The notes beneath the pieces were generated by a model, which was not told where the DNA came from, made no database searches, and saw only the letters and a list, made by a program, of their open reading frames with translations. Shown piece by piece: positions 28,444-38,780 of a stretch of DNA of 64,000 bases. Source of the stretch: Longimicrobiales bacterium. GTDB lineage: Bacteria; Gemmatimonadota; Gemmatimonadetes; Longimicrobiales; Gaopeijiaceae. Position numbers and translations under genes: made by a program. Position 1 is the stretch's first letter, and every line of letters starts with the position of its first letter. The stretch is from positions 640,001-704,000 of the forward strand of contig CBDFMQ010000002.1 of assembly GCA_965249725.1 (NCBI GenBank), in the 5' to 3' direction.

Positions 28444-29187
28444 ATGGGTGACGAACGGAACACGGCGCGAAAGGAAAAGGGTGCGGGCCCGCTCCGTTTG
28501 ATCTGGGATTGGACGCGGTCGCTCTTCTTTGCCCTGATGCTCTTTCTGGTCGTCCGTACCTTCATCGTAGAAGCCTTCAAGATCCCAACCTCCTCGATGG
28601 AGGGCACGCTCCTCGTAGGCGACTTCCTGCTGGTGAACAAGGTGGCCTACGGTGCCGAAGTGCCCTTGCTAGGGATGAAGTTGCCGGCGTTCAAAGAGCC
28701 ACTCCGAGGCGACATCGTAGTGTTCAACCCCCCGCACGATCCCATCAAGAACTACGTGAAACGGGTCGTGGGCATGCCTGGGGACACGCTAGAGATGAGG
28801 GACAAGGTTCTCTACGTGAACGGGGCCGAGACGAGCGAGGAGTTTGCGCGGTATGTCGACCGCAACGGTGCGGACGCCATACACCCCAATATGAAGTGGC
28901 AGCGCAGTCATCTGTTGGCTCGGGAGACGGTGCGCCGGCGTGGACGCAGAGGCGAGTATCGACCCTCTCGCGACAACTGGGGGCCTCTGGCCGTGCCGGA
29001 CAGCAGTTACTTCGTGCTCGGGGACAACCGCGACAACAGCGAGGACTCCCGGTACTGGGGGTTTGTAGAGAGGGGTGCGATCCGAGGTCAGCCCTGGATC
29101 GTCTATTACTCCTTCGACGCCACGGGGGGGCGACCTGCGTGGTTGCGGGCTGTGCGGTGGAATCGGGTAGGCGGTCTAATCCGCTGA
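28444..29187 (+). CDS. lepB: Signal peptidase I
   Basis: IPTSSMEGTLLVGD, YVKRVVG.PGD, GDNRDNSEDSRYWG. Confidence 0.95.
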   Translation: MGDERNTARKEKGAGPLRLIWDWTRSLFFALMLFLVVRTFIVEAFKIPTSSMEGTLLVGDFLLVNKVAYGAEVPLLGMKLPAFKEPLRGDIVVFNPPHDPIKNYVKRVVGMPGDTLEMRDKVLYVNGAETSEEFARYVDRNGADAIHPNMKWQRSHLLARETVRRRGRRGEYRPSRDNWGPLAVPDSSYFVLGDNRDNSEDSRYWGFVERGAIRGQPWIVYYSFDATGGRPAWLRAVRWNRVGGLIR

Positions 29188-29351
29188 CAGGGCAGTCGTG
29201 ACATCAAAGAGTGACAACCCCCGACTCCTCTGAGGATTCTGCACTGGGGCAGTTGCGCCACGCGCGCCTTGACGTATCATTTGCTTGCTTCGGTGCCCCC
29301 CCCCCGTTCCGGGCGGGGACGCGACCAGACCCACAGACGATGGAGGGCTAG

Positions 29352-30209
29352 ATGAGTTTTCCTTCCCGTCGAGGTTCTTTCCGGGAAGGGTCGCTCGATC
29401 AGTACCTCAAGGAAATCAGCCAGTATCCGCTGATCGACAAGGCTGAGGAGGTACGGCTTGCCAAGGGCATCAGGCGGGGTGAGGAAGAAGCGCTCAACAA
29501 GCTCGTTCGCTCCAATCTCCGATTCGTCGTATCCGTCGCTAAGAAGTATCAGAATCAGGGTGTGCCGCTCTCAGACCTGATCAATGAGGGCAACCTGGGC
29601 CTCATCAGGGCCGCCCATAAGTTCGACGAGACCAAGGGCATCAAGTTCATCAGCTATGCCGTTTGGTGGATTCGTCAGGCGATCCTTCAGGCGCTGGCCG
29701 AGCAAAGCCGCATCGTCCGGGTGCCTCTCAACCGCGCGGGGGCTCTCCACCGCATCGGACGTCGGACGTCGGCCCTTCTCCAGGAGTTGGGCCGTGAGCC
29801 CACCGTGGAAGAAATCGCCCAGGATCTCGATATCTCGGAGGAGGAGGTCGAGCGCACGCTAGCGATTTCTCAATCCCATCTGTCGCTCGATGCACCCATC
29901 ACTCCGGGTGAGGACAACCGGCACCTAGACTACCTGCCCGATCAGTACTCGCCCGGTCCGGAGGACCACGCGTACGAGCATGCGCTCAAGGACAGTGTTG
30001 AAGTCGCGCTGTCCACGTTGAAGGAGCGCGAGGCCAAGATCCTCAGGCTCTACTTCGGACTGGACGATCAGGAGCCCATGATCCTCGAGGAGATCGGCTC
30101 TCTGTTGGGGATCACCAGAGAGCGGGTGAGGCAGATCAAAGAGAAGGCCTTGTTACGACTTCGGCACGCTTCGAGGGCACGCTTCTTGGAGACGTTTTTC
30201 CAGGAGTAG
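29352..30209 (+). CDS. RNA polymerase sigma-70 factor, RpoD/RpoS family (no region 1.1)
   Basis: NLRFVVSVAKKY, DLINEGNLGL, KFISYAVWWIRQ, ITRERVRQI. Confidence 0.93.
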   Translation: MSFPSRRGSFREGSLDQYLKEISQYPLIDKAEEVRLAKGIRRGEEEALNKLVRSNLRFVVSVAKKYQNQGVPLSDLINEGNLGLIRAAHKFDETKGIKFISYAVWWIRQAILQALAEQSRIVRVPLNRAGALHRIGRRTSALLQELGREPTVEEIAQDLDISEEEVERTLAISQSHLSLDAPITPGEDNRHLDYLPDQYSPGPEDHAYEHALKDSVEVALSTLKEREAKILRLYFGLDDQEPMILEEIGSLLGITRERVRQIKEKALLRLRHASRARFLETFFQE

Positions 30210-30227
30210 CCCCCGGCGGCAAGAGGT

Positions 30228-30323
30228 CCGTCGAGACCCCCGTCGAGACCCCCGTCGAGACCCCCGTCGAGACCCCCGTCGAGACCCCCGTCGAGACCCC
30301 CGTCGAGACCCCCGTCGAGACCC
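30228..30323. repeat. Intergenic perfect tandem repeat, 8 x CCGTCGAGACCC
   Basis: Read directly, ~35 bp upstream of the rplM -35 box. Confidence 0.95.
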
Positions 30324-30357
30324 CCGCAACCCCCCGAAAACGCTGCCCTTTCCCCCG

Positions 30358-30386
30358 TTGACACCCCCAACACCCTCTACTATCCT
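30358..30386 (+). promoter_or_regulatory. Sigma-70 promoter of the rplM operon
   Basis: TTGACA - 17 nt - TATCCT. Confidence 0.75.
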
Positions 30387-30422
30387 TGATAGCTCTGTCG
30401 TTCAACAATGCGTGGGAACACG

Positions 30423-30851
30423 GTGAAGACATACACTCCTAAAGCTGACGAAATCGAACGCGCCTGGTGGGTCGTCGACGCAGAGGGGAAAACCCTCGGG
30501 CGTCTGGCCACCGAAGTGGCGCGCATTATTCGCGGCAAACACAAGCCGATGTTCACGCCCCATCTCGACGTGGGCGATTACGTCGTGGTCATCAATGCCG
30601 AGAAGGTCGAGTTGACCGGCAACAAAGCCGATCAGAAGACCTACTTCCGGCATTCCGGCTATATGGGTGGCGAGAAGCACATCCCGTTTCGGCGTATGAT
30701 CGAAAGACATCCGGATCGGGTGATAGAATTGGCCGTTCGGGGCATGCTTCCCAAGAACACCCTCGGACGCCACATGCGTAAGAAGCTGAAGGTCTATGCC
30801 GGTGCGGATCACCCGCATCAGAGTCAGAATCCTCAGCACCTAGAGCTCTGA
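30423..30851 (+). CDS. rplM: 50S ribosomal protein L13
   Basis: [36 protein letters not shown] start. Confidence 0.97.
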   Translation: MKTYTPKADEIERAWWVVDAEGKTLGRLATEVARIIRGKHKPMFTPHLDVGDYVVVINAEKVELTGNKADQKTYFRHSGYMGGEKHIPFRRMIERHPDRVIELAVRGMLPKNTLGRHMRKKLKVYAGADHPHQSQNPQHLEL

Positions 30852-30871
30852 GCGGAATCGGACACGATTTA

Positions 30872-31264
30872 ATGGCGGAACACAACATTCAGACCGTAGG
30901 CCGGCGGAAGTCTGCCGTTGCCCGCGTAGTGCTCACGCCAGGAAAGGGCGAGTGGTCGGTCAACTCGCGAGACCTGACCGATTATTTTCCCCGTCCCACC
31001 CACCAGCAGCGTATTGAGCAGCCGCTCAAGGCGGTGGAGATGGACGGTCAGTTCGACATCAAAGTGCGTGTGCGAGGTGGCGGACCGACCGGTCAGGCCG
31101 ATGCGGTTCGCATGGGCCTCGCCAGAGCTTTGGTGGAGCACGATGAGGAGCTGCGTCCGGTGTTGCGCGCCGGCGGGTTCCTCACCCGAGATGCCCGGAA
31201 GGTCGAGAGGAAGAAGCCCGGTCGCCCCAAAGCCCGGAAGCGCTTCCAGTTCTCCAAGCGTTAA
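30872..31264 (+). CDS. rpsI: 30S ribosomal protein S9
   Basis: GRRKSAVARV, LTRDARKVERKKPG..KARKRFQFSKR. Confidence 0.97.
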   Translation: MAEHNIQTVGRRKSAVARVVLTPGKGEWSVNSRDLTDYFPRPTHQQRIEQPLKAVEMDGQFDIKVRVRGGGPTGQADAVRMGLARALVEHDEELRPVLRAGGFLTRDARKVERKKPGRPKARKRFQFSKR

Positions 31265-31285
31265 ACCGTCGAGACGAAGAAATAC

Positions 31286-32398
31286 ATGCAGCAGCAAGTG
31301 GGCCTAAACGAATTGCTTGAGGCTGGCGTTCATTTCGGACACCAGACCCGCCGTTGGAATCCGAAGATGCGCAAGTTCATCTTCACGGAGCGCAACGGCA
31401 TCCACATCATCGATCTGCGTAAGACGCTGGATCGCTTGATCGCCGCTCAGCAGGCGGTTCGTGAAGTGGTTCTCGCCGGCGAGCATGTTCTCTTCGTATG
31501 TACGAAGAAGCAGCTCAGGGGCATCATCGAGCAGGAAGCCGAGGACTGCGGCGCGTACTACGTGACCGAGCGTTGGCTCGGGGGCATGCTCACGAATTTC
31601 CAGACCATTCGTAAGCAGATCCGCCGTCTCAAGGAGTTGGAGCGGGGCCAGGAAGAGAGCGCCTTCGAGTTCTACACGAAGAAGGAGCGCCTCTTGCTCG
31701 ACCGCGAGCGTCTGAAACTCGACAAGTACCTGTCGGGTGTGAAGGACATGAGTCGGTTGCCTGGTGCTGTCTTTGTGGTCGACGTCCGACGTGAGGGCAT
31801 CGCGGTCCGTGAGGCGCATCGTCTCGGGATTCCGGTCATCGCCATCACCGACACCAACGCCGACCCGGATCTCATCGAGTATCCGGTGCCCGGAAACGAC
31901 GACGCGATCCGTTCGGTGGGGCTGATCACCAAGGCCATCGCCGAGTCGGTCAAGATCGCGAGCACTCAGGTGCCTGTCGAGCAGAAGCGGGCAGTCCAGG
32001 AAGCGCAGGCGACCACGTACTCGACTGAAACCGGTGAGACCACCGAGGTCCAGAACCGTCCGTCCGCCAGGCGCCGTCCGAAGCGGCATCCCCTCCCCGA
32101 GGCCATCGCAGAGAAGACGGGCGCGAAGGCTGACGGCGCAGAGGAAACGAAGGAGACCGCCGAGGAGATCGCCGAGGAGATCGCCGAGGAGACCGCCGAG
32201 GAGACCGCCGAGGAGACCGCCGAGGAGACCGCCGAGGAGACCGCCGAGGAGACCGCCGAGGAGACCGCCGAGGCTGCCGAGACCGCCGCCGAGTCGAAGG
32301 ACGAGGCGCCGACTGCCGAGGCAGGGGACGAGGATGCGGCCGAAGCGGGGGACGCGACCGCCGAAGCTGAAAAGGGCGGGGCCGAGTCGGAGTCCTGA
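31286..32398 (+). CDS. rpsB: 30S ribosomal protein S2 with a long acidic tail
   Basis: LLEAGVHFGHQTRRWNPKM, RWLGGMLTNF, PGNDDAIRS. Confidence 0.97.
   Translation: MQQQVGLNELLEAGVHFGHQTRRWNPKMRKFIFTERNGIHIIDLRKTLDRLIAAQQAVREVVLAGEHVLFVCTKKQLRGIIEQEAEDCGAYYVTERWLGGMLTNFQTIRKQIRRLKELERGQEESAFEFYTKKERLLLDRERLKLDKYLSGVKDMSRLPGAVFVVDVRREGIAVREAHRLGIPVIAITDTNADPDLIEYPVPGNDDAIRSVGLITKAIAESVKIASTQVPVEQKRAVQEAQATTYSTETGETTEVQNRPSARRRPKRHPLPEAIAEKTGAKADGAEETKETAEEIAEEIAEETAEETAEETAEETAEETAEETAEETAEAAETAAESKDEAPTAEAGDEDAAEAGDATAEAEKGGAESES
32153..32272 (+). repeat. Coding tandem repeat, 10 x 12 bp GAGAYCGCCGAG (ETAE/EIAE) in rpsB
   Basis: Read directly. Confidence 0.95.
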
Positions 32399-32460
32399 GT
32401 CACGGTACCACACCTCGGTCTACGGCCGCGGTAACCCGCCTTGGTTGTCTCAGGGCCGAT

Positions 32461-32498
32461 AGAGGCGGAGCGGTTGGGCGCTCCCGCCTCTTTCTTTT
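32461..32498 (+). terminator. Intrinsic terminator/attenuator between rpsB and tsf
   Basis: AGAGGCGG-AGCG...CGCT-C-CCGCCTCT followed by TTCTTTT. Confidence 0.65.
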
Positions 32499-32535
32499 AG
32501 TCAAAACAACAACTCGAGTAACACGGACCTAACGA

Positions 32536-33135
32536 ATGTCGATTTCAGCGAAAGACGTGAAGGCCCTCCGCGATAGAACCGGTGCGGGCATGATGGATTG
32601 CAAGAAGGCGTTGGTCGAGACCGATGGCGATCTCAAGGCGGCCATCGACCTGTTGAGGGCCAAAGGCGCGGCCAAGGCTGCCAAGAGGGCCGAGAAGTCG
32701 GCGAACGAGGGCACCGTCGGTTCGTACGTCCACTTCGACAACCGCACTGCCGTCATCGTCGAGGTCAATTGTGAGACGGACTTCGTTGCGAACACCGATG
32801 ACTTCAAGCAGCTGGCCAAGGATCTGGCCCTGCATATCGCCTCGGCGGCGCCGTTGGCAGTGGCGCCCGAGGACATCCCTGCCGAGATCGTAGCGCGGGA
32901 ACGCAGGGTCTACGAGGAGCAGGTCAAGGAAGAGGGCAAGCCCGAGAACATTGCCGATAAAATAGTTGAAGGTAAGCTCGGTAAGTTCTTCAAAGAGAAC
33001 ACCTTACTACCGCAAGCCTTCGTGAAGAACCCCGATCAGACGATCGAACAGTTGATCACCGAAACGTCTGCAAAGACGGGTGAGAAGATCGAGGTCGGCC
33101 GGTTCTCCCGGATCAAGGTCGGCGAAGGAGATTGA
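32536..33135 (+). CDS. tsf: Elongation factor Ts (short type)
   Basis: [29 protein letters not shown]. Confidence 0.97.
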   Translation: MSISAKDVKALRDRTGAGMMDCKKALVETDGDLKAAIDLLRAKGAAKAAKRAEKSANEGTVGSYVHFDNRTAVIVEVNCETDFVANTDDFKQLAKDLALHIASAAPLAVAPEDIPAEIVARERRVYEEQVKEEGKPENIADKIVEGKLGKFFKENTLLPQAFVKNPDQTIEQLITETSAKTGEKIEVGRFSRIKVGEGD

Positions 33136-33143
33136 ACAGCGAG

Positions 33144-33866
33144 ATGGCTGCGAACCCTGATCTGAAATACCAACGGGTCCTACTCAAGCTCTCGGGCGAG
33201 GCTCTCGCCGGGGACCAGGGCTTCGGGATCGAGCCATCGGTGGTCGATCGCCTCACCGACGAGGTGGGGGCGGTTCACGGCATGGGTGTCAGCCTCGGCC
33301 TTGTGATTGGCGGGGGAAACATCGTTCGCGGGGCCTTGGCGAGCCAGAAGGGCATGGACCGTGTTCAGGCAGACTACATGGGCATGCTCTCGACGGTGAT
33401 CAACGCATTGGCGGTGCAGGATCTGCTGGAGCGTAAGGGCGTTGCGACCCGGGTGATGACGGCTATCCGCATGGAGGAAGTGGCGGAGCCGTACATCCGT
33501 CGACGCGCCCTCCGGCACATGGAGAAGGGCCGGGTCGTGATTTTTGCCGGTGGGACGGGCAATCCCTACTTCTCCACCGACACTGCGGCCGTGCTACGGG
33601 CCATCGAGATGAGCTCCGACGTGGTCATCAAGGCCACCAAGGTAAAGGGCATCTACAGTGCCGACCCCGTGCAGGACCCCTCGGCAGAGTTCATTCCGGA
33701 GATTACTTTTCAAGAGGTTGTGACCCGGGAGCTGGGGGTCATGGATGCCGCTGCGGTATCCCTCTGTAAGGAAAACGGTCTTCCGATCATCGTACTCAAT
33801 CTCGAGGACCGTGGAGCCGTTTTCGCTGCGATTCGGGGAGAGCAGGTCGGCACGCTTGTTTCCTAG
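33144..33866 (+). CDS. pyrH: UMP kinase
   Basis: [24 protein letters not shown]. Start 33144 or 33132. Confidence 0.96.
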   Translation: MAANPDLKYQRVLLKLSGEALAGDQGFGIEPSVVDRLTDEVGAVHGMGVSLGLVIGGGNIVRGALASQKGMDRVQADYMGMLSTVINALAVQDLLERKGVATRVMTAIRMEEVAEPYIRRRALRHMEKGRVVIFAGGTGNPYFSTDTAAVLRAIEMSSDVVIKATKVKGIYSADPVQDPSAEFIPEITFQEVVTRELGVMDAAAVSLCKENGLPIIVLNLEDRGAVFAAIRGEQVGTLVS

Positions 33867-33925
33867 GTTCCGATTGGGATGTCCCGCTGGTCGGGCTCGA
33901 GCAAAACTCACGTAGAGAGGTGGCC

Positions 33926-34474
33926 ATGTCGTTGAAGAAAGCCAAGTCACGGATGGACGACGCCATCGAAGCGTTGCGCCGTGAGTTCGCCACCGTGCGA
34001 ACCGGCAAGGCGACTCCCGCCCTCCTGGATACCGTCCGGGTAGACGCGTACGGTTCGAAGATGCCACTGAATCAGGTGGCGAACGTCGCGGCGCCGGAGG
34101 CCTCTCTGCTTGTGGTTCAGGCCTATGACAAGGGGCTCTTGGCCGACATCGAACGGGCGATCATGGCGGCCGACCTCGGTCTCAATCCGGCCAACGACGG
34201 CAACCTGATCCGGGTCCCGATTCCGCCGCTCAACGAGGAGCGTCGCAAGGAATACGTCAAGCTGCTGCACCACATGGCTGAAGAGGCCCGGGTCTCCGTC
34301 CGGCATGCCCGCAGGATCGGCAACGAGGACATCAAGCAGGCCATCAAGGATCACGAGACGGGAGAAGACGAGGGCCATCGCGAACTCGACGAGGTTCAGA
34401 AAGAGACCGATCAGTACTCTCAGAAGATCGAAGATATGCTCGAGCTCAAGGAGAAGGAGGTGATGGCCATCTAG
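33926..34474 (+). CDS. frr: Ribosome recycling factor
   Basis: VRTGKATPALLD, LGLNP.NDG, PPLNEERRKE. Confidence 0.96.
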   Translation: MSLKKAKSRMDDAIEALRREFATVRTGKATPALLDTVRVDAYGSKMPLNQVANVAAPEASLLVVQAYDKGLLADIERAIMAADLGLNPANDGNLIRVPIPPLNEERRKEYVKLLHHMAEEARVSVRHARRIGNEDIKQAIKDHETGEDEGHRELDEVQKETDQYSQKIEDMLELKEKEVMAI

Positions 34475-34523
34475 AGGGTCGCACCCGGTTCACCGCGACT
34501 CACTCGACTGGCCGCTCTCCCTT

Positions 34524-35270
34524 ATGGTGCCTTCGGACCTGCTTCAGCAAATCCGTGTTCACGGACAAATCCCCCGCCACGTGGCCATCATCATGGATGG
34601 CAACGGACGTTGGGCGAAGCAGCGCCATCTGCCTCGTGTGGCGGGCCACAAGGAGGGCATGAAGGCGGTCCGGGAGACCATCGAAGGCGCTATCGACGCA
34701 GGCATCGAGATCCTTACGCTTTTCGCTTTCTCGACCGAGAACTGGCAGCGTCCGCGCAATGAGATCACGGCTCTTATGGGCTTGTTGCGATTGTACGCCA
34801 CCCAGGAGAGGGCCGAACTCAAGCAGCAGGGCGTCGGCGTTCACGTGTTGGGCAACGTGGATGCGTTGGATGCTTCCACTCGCGCCGCCGTGGACGAGAT
34901 TGTCTCGGAGACGACGGGGGGACTCAATCTCCGCTTGAACCTCATGATCTCCTACTCGGGCCGCGAGGAGATTCTCCGGGCATGCCGGGGTATGGCGGAG
35001 CGCGCGGTCGCGGGCGATCTCGATCCGGGTGACATCGACGAGGAGACCTTCGGCGACAACCTCTTCACCCAGGGTCTGCCCGATCCGGACCTCCTGATCC
35101 GGACCTCGGGTGAACTGCGGCTCAGCAATTTCATGCTGTGGCAGCTCGCCTATACCGAGATGCACATCACTCCCGTCCTATGGCCCGATTTCTCACGGGC
35201 CGATCTCTTCCGGGCCCTCTTGGACTATCAGGAACGCGACCGACGTTTCGGTCGTGTTCCCGTCAGCTGA
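34524..35270 (+). CDS. uppS: Isoprenyl transferase (undecaprenyl diphosphate synthase)
   Basis: HVAIIMDGNGRWA, FSTENW.RP, DLLIRTSGE.RLSNF.LWQ. Confidence 0.96.
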   Translation: MVPSDLLQQIRVHGQIPRHVAIIMDGNGRWAKQRHLPRVAGHKEGMKAVRETIEGAIDAGIEILTLFAFSTENWQRPRNEITALMGLLRLYATQERAELKQQGVGVHVLGNVDALDASTRAAVDEIVSETTGGLNLRLNLMISYSGREEILRACRGMAERAVAGDLDPGDIDEETFGDNLFTQGLPDPDLLIRTSGELRLSNFMLWQLAYTEMHITPVLWPDFSRADLFRALLDYQERDRRFGRVPVS

Positions 35271-35285
35271 GAGCGGCTTCGGCCC

Positions 35286-36161
35286 ATGCCCAAAGGGGAA
35301 CTGGCCAGTCGCTTGACCGTCGCGGCCATCGGGATTCCGGTGGCGGTGATGATCATCTATTGGGGCGGCTGGTTTCTGGGCATCATGATTGCAGCGGTCG
35401 CGGGCCTCTCGGCCGGAGAGTACTACTCGCTCGCAGCAGCAAAAGGAGCCAAGCCACTCCGCTGGGTCGGCATCCCGCTGGCGATGCTCTTGCCGGTCTT
35501 GGCCACGGTCCATCCGACCTATCACGATTTCTCCCAAGTGGCATTCACGGTAGTGCTCGTGGCCAGCATGTTGGCCGTGGCCCTGGTGCTTTGGCTGCGC
35601 TGGCCGGACGGGCAACCTCTTACCGCTGCGGCCACGACTATCGGTGGAGCGCTCTACACAGGGGGCACCCTCTCGTTCTGGATTCTACTCCGGGCCCTGC
35701 CCGAGCAGAGTTCCGCTGCCGCGACGGCTTTCGATGGTGCCGTTCTGCTCATTTTCCCGATCTGGGTGACCTGGCTCGGAGACAGCTTCGCCTACGGACT
35801 CGGTACCCGGTTCGGCAAGACCAAGCTGATCGAGTCGGTGAGCCCGAAGAAGACCATCTTGGGCTCCTTGGGCGGTCTCGGGGGATCGGTAGCGGTGGGT
35901 GCGCTCTATTCGTGGCTTTGGCTTTCCGGTGTCCCCGTCTTCGGCCTCTCCCTGCTCGGAGCCGCTGGGGTGAGCGCCTTGATCTCTCCGATAGGCCAGA
36001 TAGGCGACCTTGCTGAATCGGTTATCAAACGGGAGGCCGGCGTGAAGGACTCGAGTAGTCTGCTACCGGGACACGGGGGGGCGCTCGATCGCTTGGACGC
36101 GCTGTTCTTCACCGTCCCGTTTACTTATGCGCTCCTCATCGTGGTTCAGCACTTGTCGTGA
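35286..36161 (+). CDS. cdsA: Phosphatidate cytidylyltransferase
   Basis: SPKKT, GDLAES.IKR..GVKDS...PGHGG.LDR.D. Confidence 0.95.
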   Translation: MPKGELASRLTVAAIGIPVAVMIIYWGGWFLGIMIAAVAGLSAGEYYSLAAAKGAKPLRWVGIPLAMLLPVLATVHPTYHDFSQVAFTVVLVASMLAVALVLWLRWPDGQPLTAAATTIGGALYTGGTLSFWILLRALPEQSSAAATAFDGAVLLIFPIWVTWLGDSFAYGLGTRFGKTKLIESVSPKKTILGSLGGLGGSVAVGALYSWLWLSGVPVFGLSLLGAAGVSALISPIGQIGDLAESVIKREAGVKDSSSLLPGHGGALDRLDALFFTVPFTYALLIVVQHLS

Positions 36162-37324
36162 TACGCGTCGCCATTCTCGGATCCACGGGTTCCATCGGCC
36201 GCGCCACGCTGTCGGTGATCGAGCGCCACAGCGATCGCTTCCGGGTGGTGGCTCTAGGCGCCAACCGGTCGGTGGCCGCCCTAGCCGCCCAAGTGAAGGC
36301 GCATCAGGTCTCTCGTGCAGTGATCGCCGACCCGGACGGGCTTGCAGGCGAAGTAGATCTGCCTTCCGCGGACTGGAGAACCGGCCCCGACGAGATGCTG
36401 GCGTTGGCTACGGACCCCGATGTGGATGTCGTGGTGAACGCCATCGTGGGGTCCGTGGGGTTGGAGGCCACGCTCGCGGCGCTCGGATCAGGCAAGCGGT
36501 TGGCCCTCGCCAACAAGGAATCGCTCGTAGCCGGCGGTGCGTTGGTCATCGAAGCCGCTCGTTCCGGTGGTGGCGAGCTGATACCGATCGACAGCGAGCA
36601 CTCTGCCATCCTCCAATGCCTGGAAGGGACCGACGTGTCCGCGGTGACTAGGCTGGTGCTCACCGCATCCGGGGGACCGTTCCGAGGGTTGACCCGAGAC
36701 GAGTTGGAGACCGTGGCGCCTAGCCAGGCTCTCCGGCACCCCACCTGGGACATGGGCGTGAAAATCTCGATCGATTCGGCGACATTGGCCAACAAGGCGC
36801 TCGAGGTGATCGAGGCCCATTTTCTATACGACATGGGATACGACGCCATCGACGTGGTGGTGCATCCTCAGTCCGTGGTGCACTCCATGGTTGAGTTCAC
36901 GGACGGTTCGGTGCTGGCCCAAATGGGGTTTCCGACTATGGAGCTCCCGATCCTGTACGCGCTCTCGTATCCGACGCGCGTCGGTGATCCCGAGCTGAGG
37001 ACCTTCGACCCCATTCGCTCGTCTCCGCTGACGTTCGAAGAGGTCGATTTGGAGCGGTTCCCCTTGTTCGCCCTCGGCGTCGAAGCAGGAAGACGAGGCG
37101 GTACCGTGCCGGCGGTCTTCAACGCCGCGAACGAAATCGCCGTAGATTCTTTTCTTGCGGAAGAGGTTGGATTCCTCCAGATGGCAGACGTTGTGGCCCA
37201 CGCGATGGAGAGCGTGCCCCAACGAAACGTCGGGGTCGTAAGCGACGTACTGGAGGCAGATGTCGCCGCGCGAAGAGCGGCACTCGAATTCGTTGGGTCG
37301 GCACGATCATTGGCCGGTGGTTGA
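36158..37324 (+). CDS. dxr: 1-deoxy-D-xylulose 5-phosphate reductoisomerase
   Basis: LGSTGSIG, LANKESLV, PIDSEHSAI, LTASGGPF. Confidence 0.96.
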   Translation: MIRVAILGSTGSIGRATLSVIERHSDRFRVVALGANRSVAALAAQVKAHQVSRAVIADPDGLAGEVDLPSADWRTGPDEMLALATDPDVDVVVNAIVGSVGLEATLAALGSGKRLALANKESLVAGGALVIEAARSGGGELIPIDSEHSAILQCLEGTDVSAVTRLVLTASGGPFRGLTRDELETVAPSQALRHPTWDMGVKISIDSATLANKALEVIEAHFLYDMGYDAIDVVVHPQSVVHSMVEFTDGSVLAQMGFPTMELPILYALSYPTRVGDPELRTFDPIRSSPLTFEEVDLERFPLFALGVEAGRRGGTVPAVFNAANEIAVDSFLAEEVGFLQMADVVAHAMESVPQRNVGVVSDVLEADVAARRAALEFVGSARSLAGG

Positions 37325-37393
37325 TTTGTATCGGGATAATGGTGTGAGCGCCGTTGGGCATGGGGCGCTCGCGAGAGGGATATTGGAGAACGA

Positions 37394-38752
37394 ATGACGA
37401 TTCTGGCGACCATCGTTGTACTCGGTGTTCTTATCTTCGTCCACGAGCTGGGCCACTTTCTGGCGGCCAAGTCCGTAGGCGTCGAGGTGCAGCGTTTCTC
37501 CATCGGTCTGGGCCCGACCATCGTGGGCTTCCAGAGGGGTGAAACCGAGTATGTCGTGAGTTGGATCCCCCTGGGCGGTTACGTGAAGATGGGGGGAATG
37601 GGCGATGAGGTGATGGATCGGCTGGAGGGTGGCGCGGTCAACGAACCGCGGCAGCCCTCCCCCCGCGATTTCGACAGCAAGCCGATTTGGGCCAGGACCT
37701 TCGTGATCTCGGCCGGCGTGATCATGAACATGGCCTTCGCCTTCGCCGTGTACGTCGCCGTGAACGCGGTGTGGGGCCTGGCCGAGATCGCCGAGCATAG
37801 GATCGCGCGTGTGGAAGCGCAGGTGCTTCCCGAGGGAACCGAGATGCTCGCCGGCCTCGCCGAGGGTGCACGAATCGTCCGCGTGGGTGAGCGGGACGTC
37901 GAGCATTGGGGTGACATCCGCGACGGCTTGATCGAGGCGCCTGCCGGACCGCTTGCAGTGGTGACCGAAGAGCCTTCAGCGACCGTCTCTATCGACCTCG
38001 GCATGGACCCCGATGTGAGGGTTCGACTGCTCGGGGCCCTCCGGCTATGGGTCGAGCCCGAGGTGGGGTTGATCAATCCGGGCACGCCGGCGGACAAGGG
38101 CGGTCTCGAGGCTGGAGATCGGGTTTTGACGGCCAACGGCGTGTCGATCACCCACTGGTACGACTTCGTGGACGTCATCGAGTCGAGGCCGGAGATGCGC
38201 ACAGAGTTGGCGCTCGAGCGGGGAGGTCGAGCGCTCACTCGTTACGTCACGCCGGATGCGGTGAGTCAGGAAGATCCGATCACCGGGGAGACGGTCCTGG
38301 TGGGCAAGGTGGGGATCTACCCTGCCAGGACCGAATTCGCGTACCAGTCCGTTTCCTTGGCTCGGGCCGTCCAGCTCGGATGGACCGAGACGGTGGGCAT
38401 AAGTGGGCTGATCCTCGGCTTCTTGCGGGATTTGGTGACCGGCGGGGTTTCGCCCCGTTCGGTGGGGAGTATCGTCACGATCGGTGCGGCATCCGGCCAA
38501 GCGGCGCAGATGGGACTCGAGACCTTCTTGCGATTCATGGCCCTGTTTTCGGTGAACCTCGCGATTCTGAACCTCCTGCCCATTCCCATCTTGGACGGTG
38601 GGCACCTGGTGTTCCTAGGAATCGAGGCGGTGCGGGGCAAGGCCCTATCGATCGAGCAGCGTCTGCGCTGGAGCCACGTCGGATTCCTCGTCGTGATGGG
38701 AATCATGCTCTGGGCCCTGTCCAATGATATTCTGAGGCTCTTCGGTCTCTAA
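37394..38752 (+). CDS. rseP: RIP metalloprotease RseP
   Basis: HELGH, IPLGGYVKM, PDZ region, NLLPIPILDGG. Confidence 0.95.
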   Translation: MTILATIVVLGVLIFVHELGHFLAAKSVGVEVQRFSIGLGPTIVGFQRGETEYVVSWIPLGGYVKMGGMGDEVMDRLEGGAVNEPRQPSPRDFDSKPIWARTFVISAGVIMNMAFAFAVYVAVNAVWGLAEIAEHRIARVEAQVLPEGTEMLAGLAEGARIVRVGERDVEHWGDIRDGLIEAPAGPLAVVTEEPSATVSIDLGMDPDVRVRLLGALRLWVEPEVGLINPGTPADKGGLEAGDRVLTANGVSITHWYDFVDVIESRPEMRTELALERGGRALTRYVTPDAVSQEDPITGETVLVGKVGIYPARTEFAYQSVSLARAVQLGWTETVGISGLILGFLRDLVTGGVSPRSVGSIVTIGAASGQAAQMGLETFLRFMALFSVNLAILNLLPIPILDGGHLVFLGIEAVRGKALSIEQRLRWSHVGFLVVMGIMLWALSNDILRLFGL

Positions 38753-38780
38753 CCCGACCGCGACCCATCGGGATTCGATC

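Noticed and set aside
30228..30323. CRISPR array (also considered for 28271-28354)
   Set aside because: Contiguous 12-bp units with no unique spacers, and no cas genes in the window.
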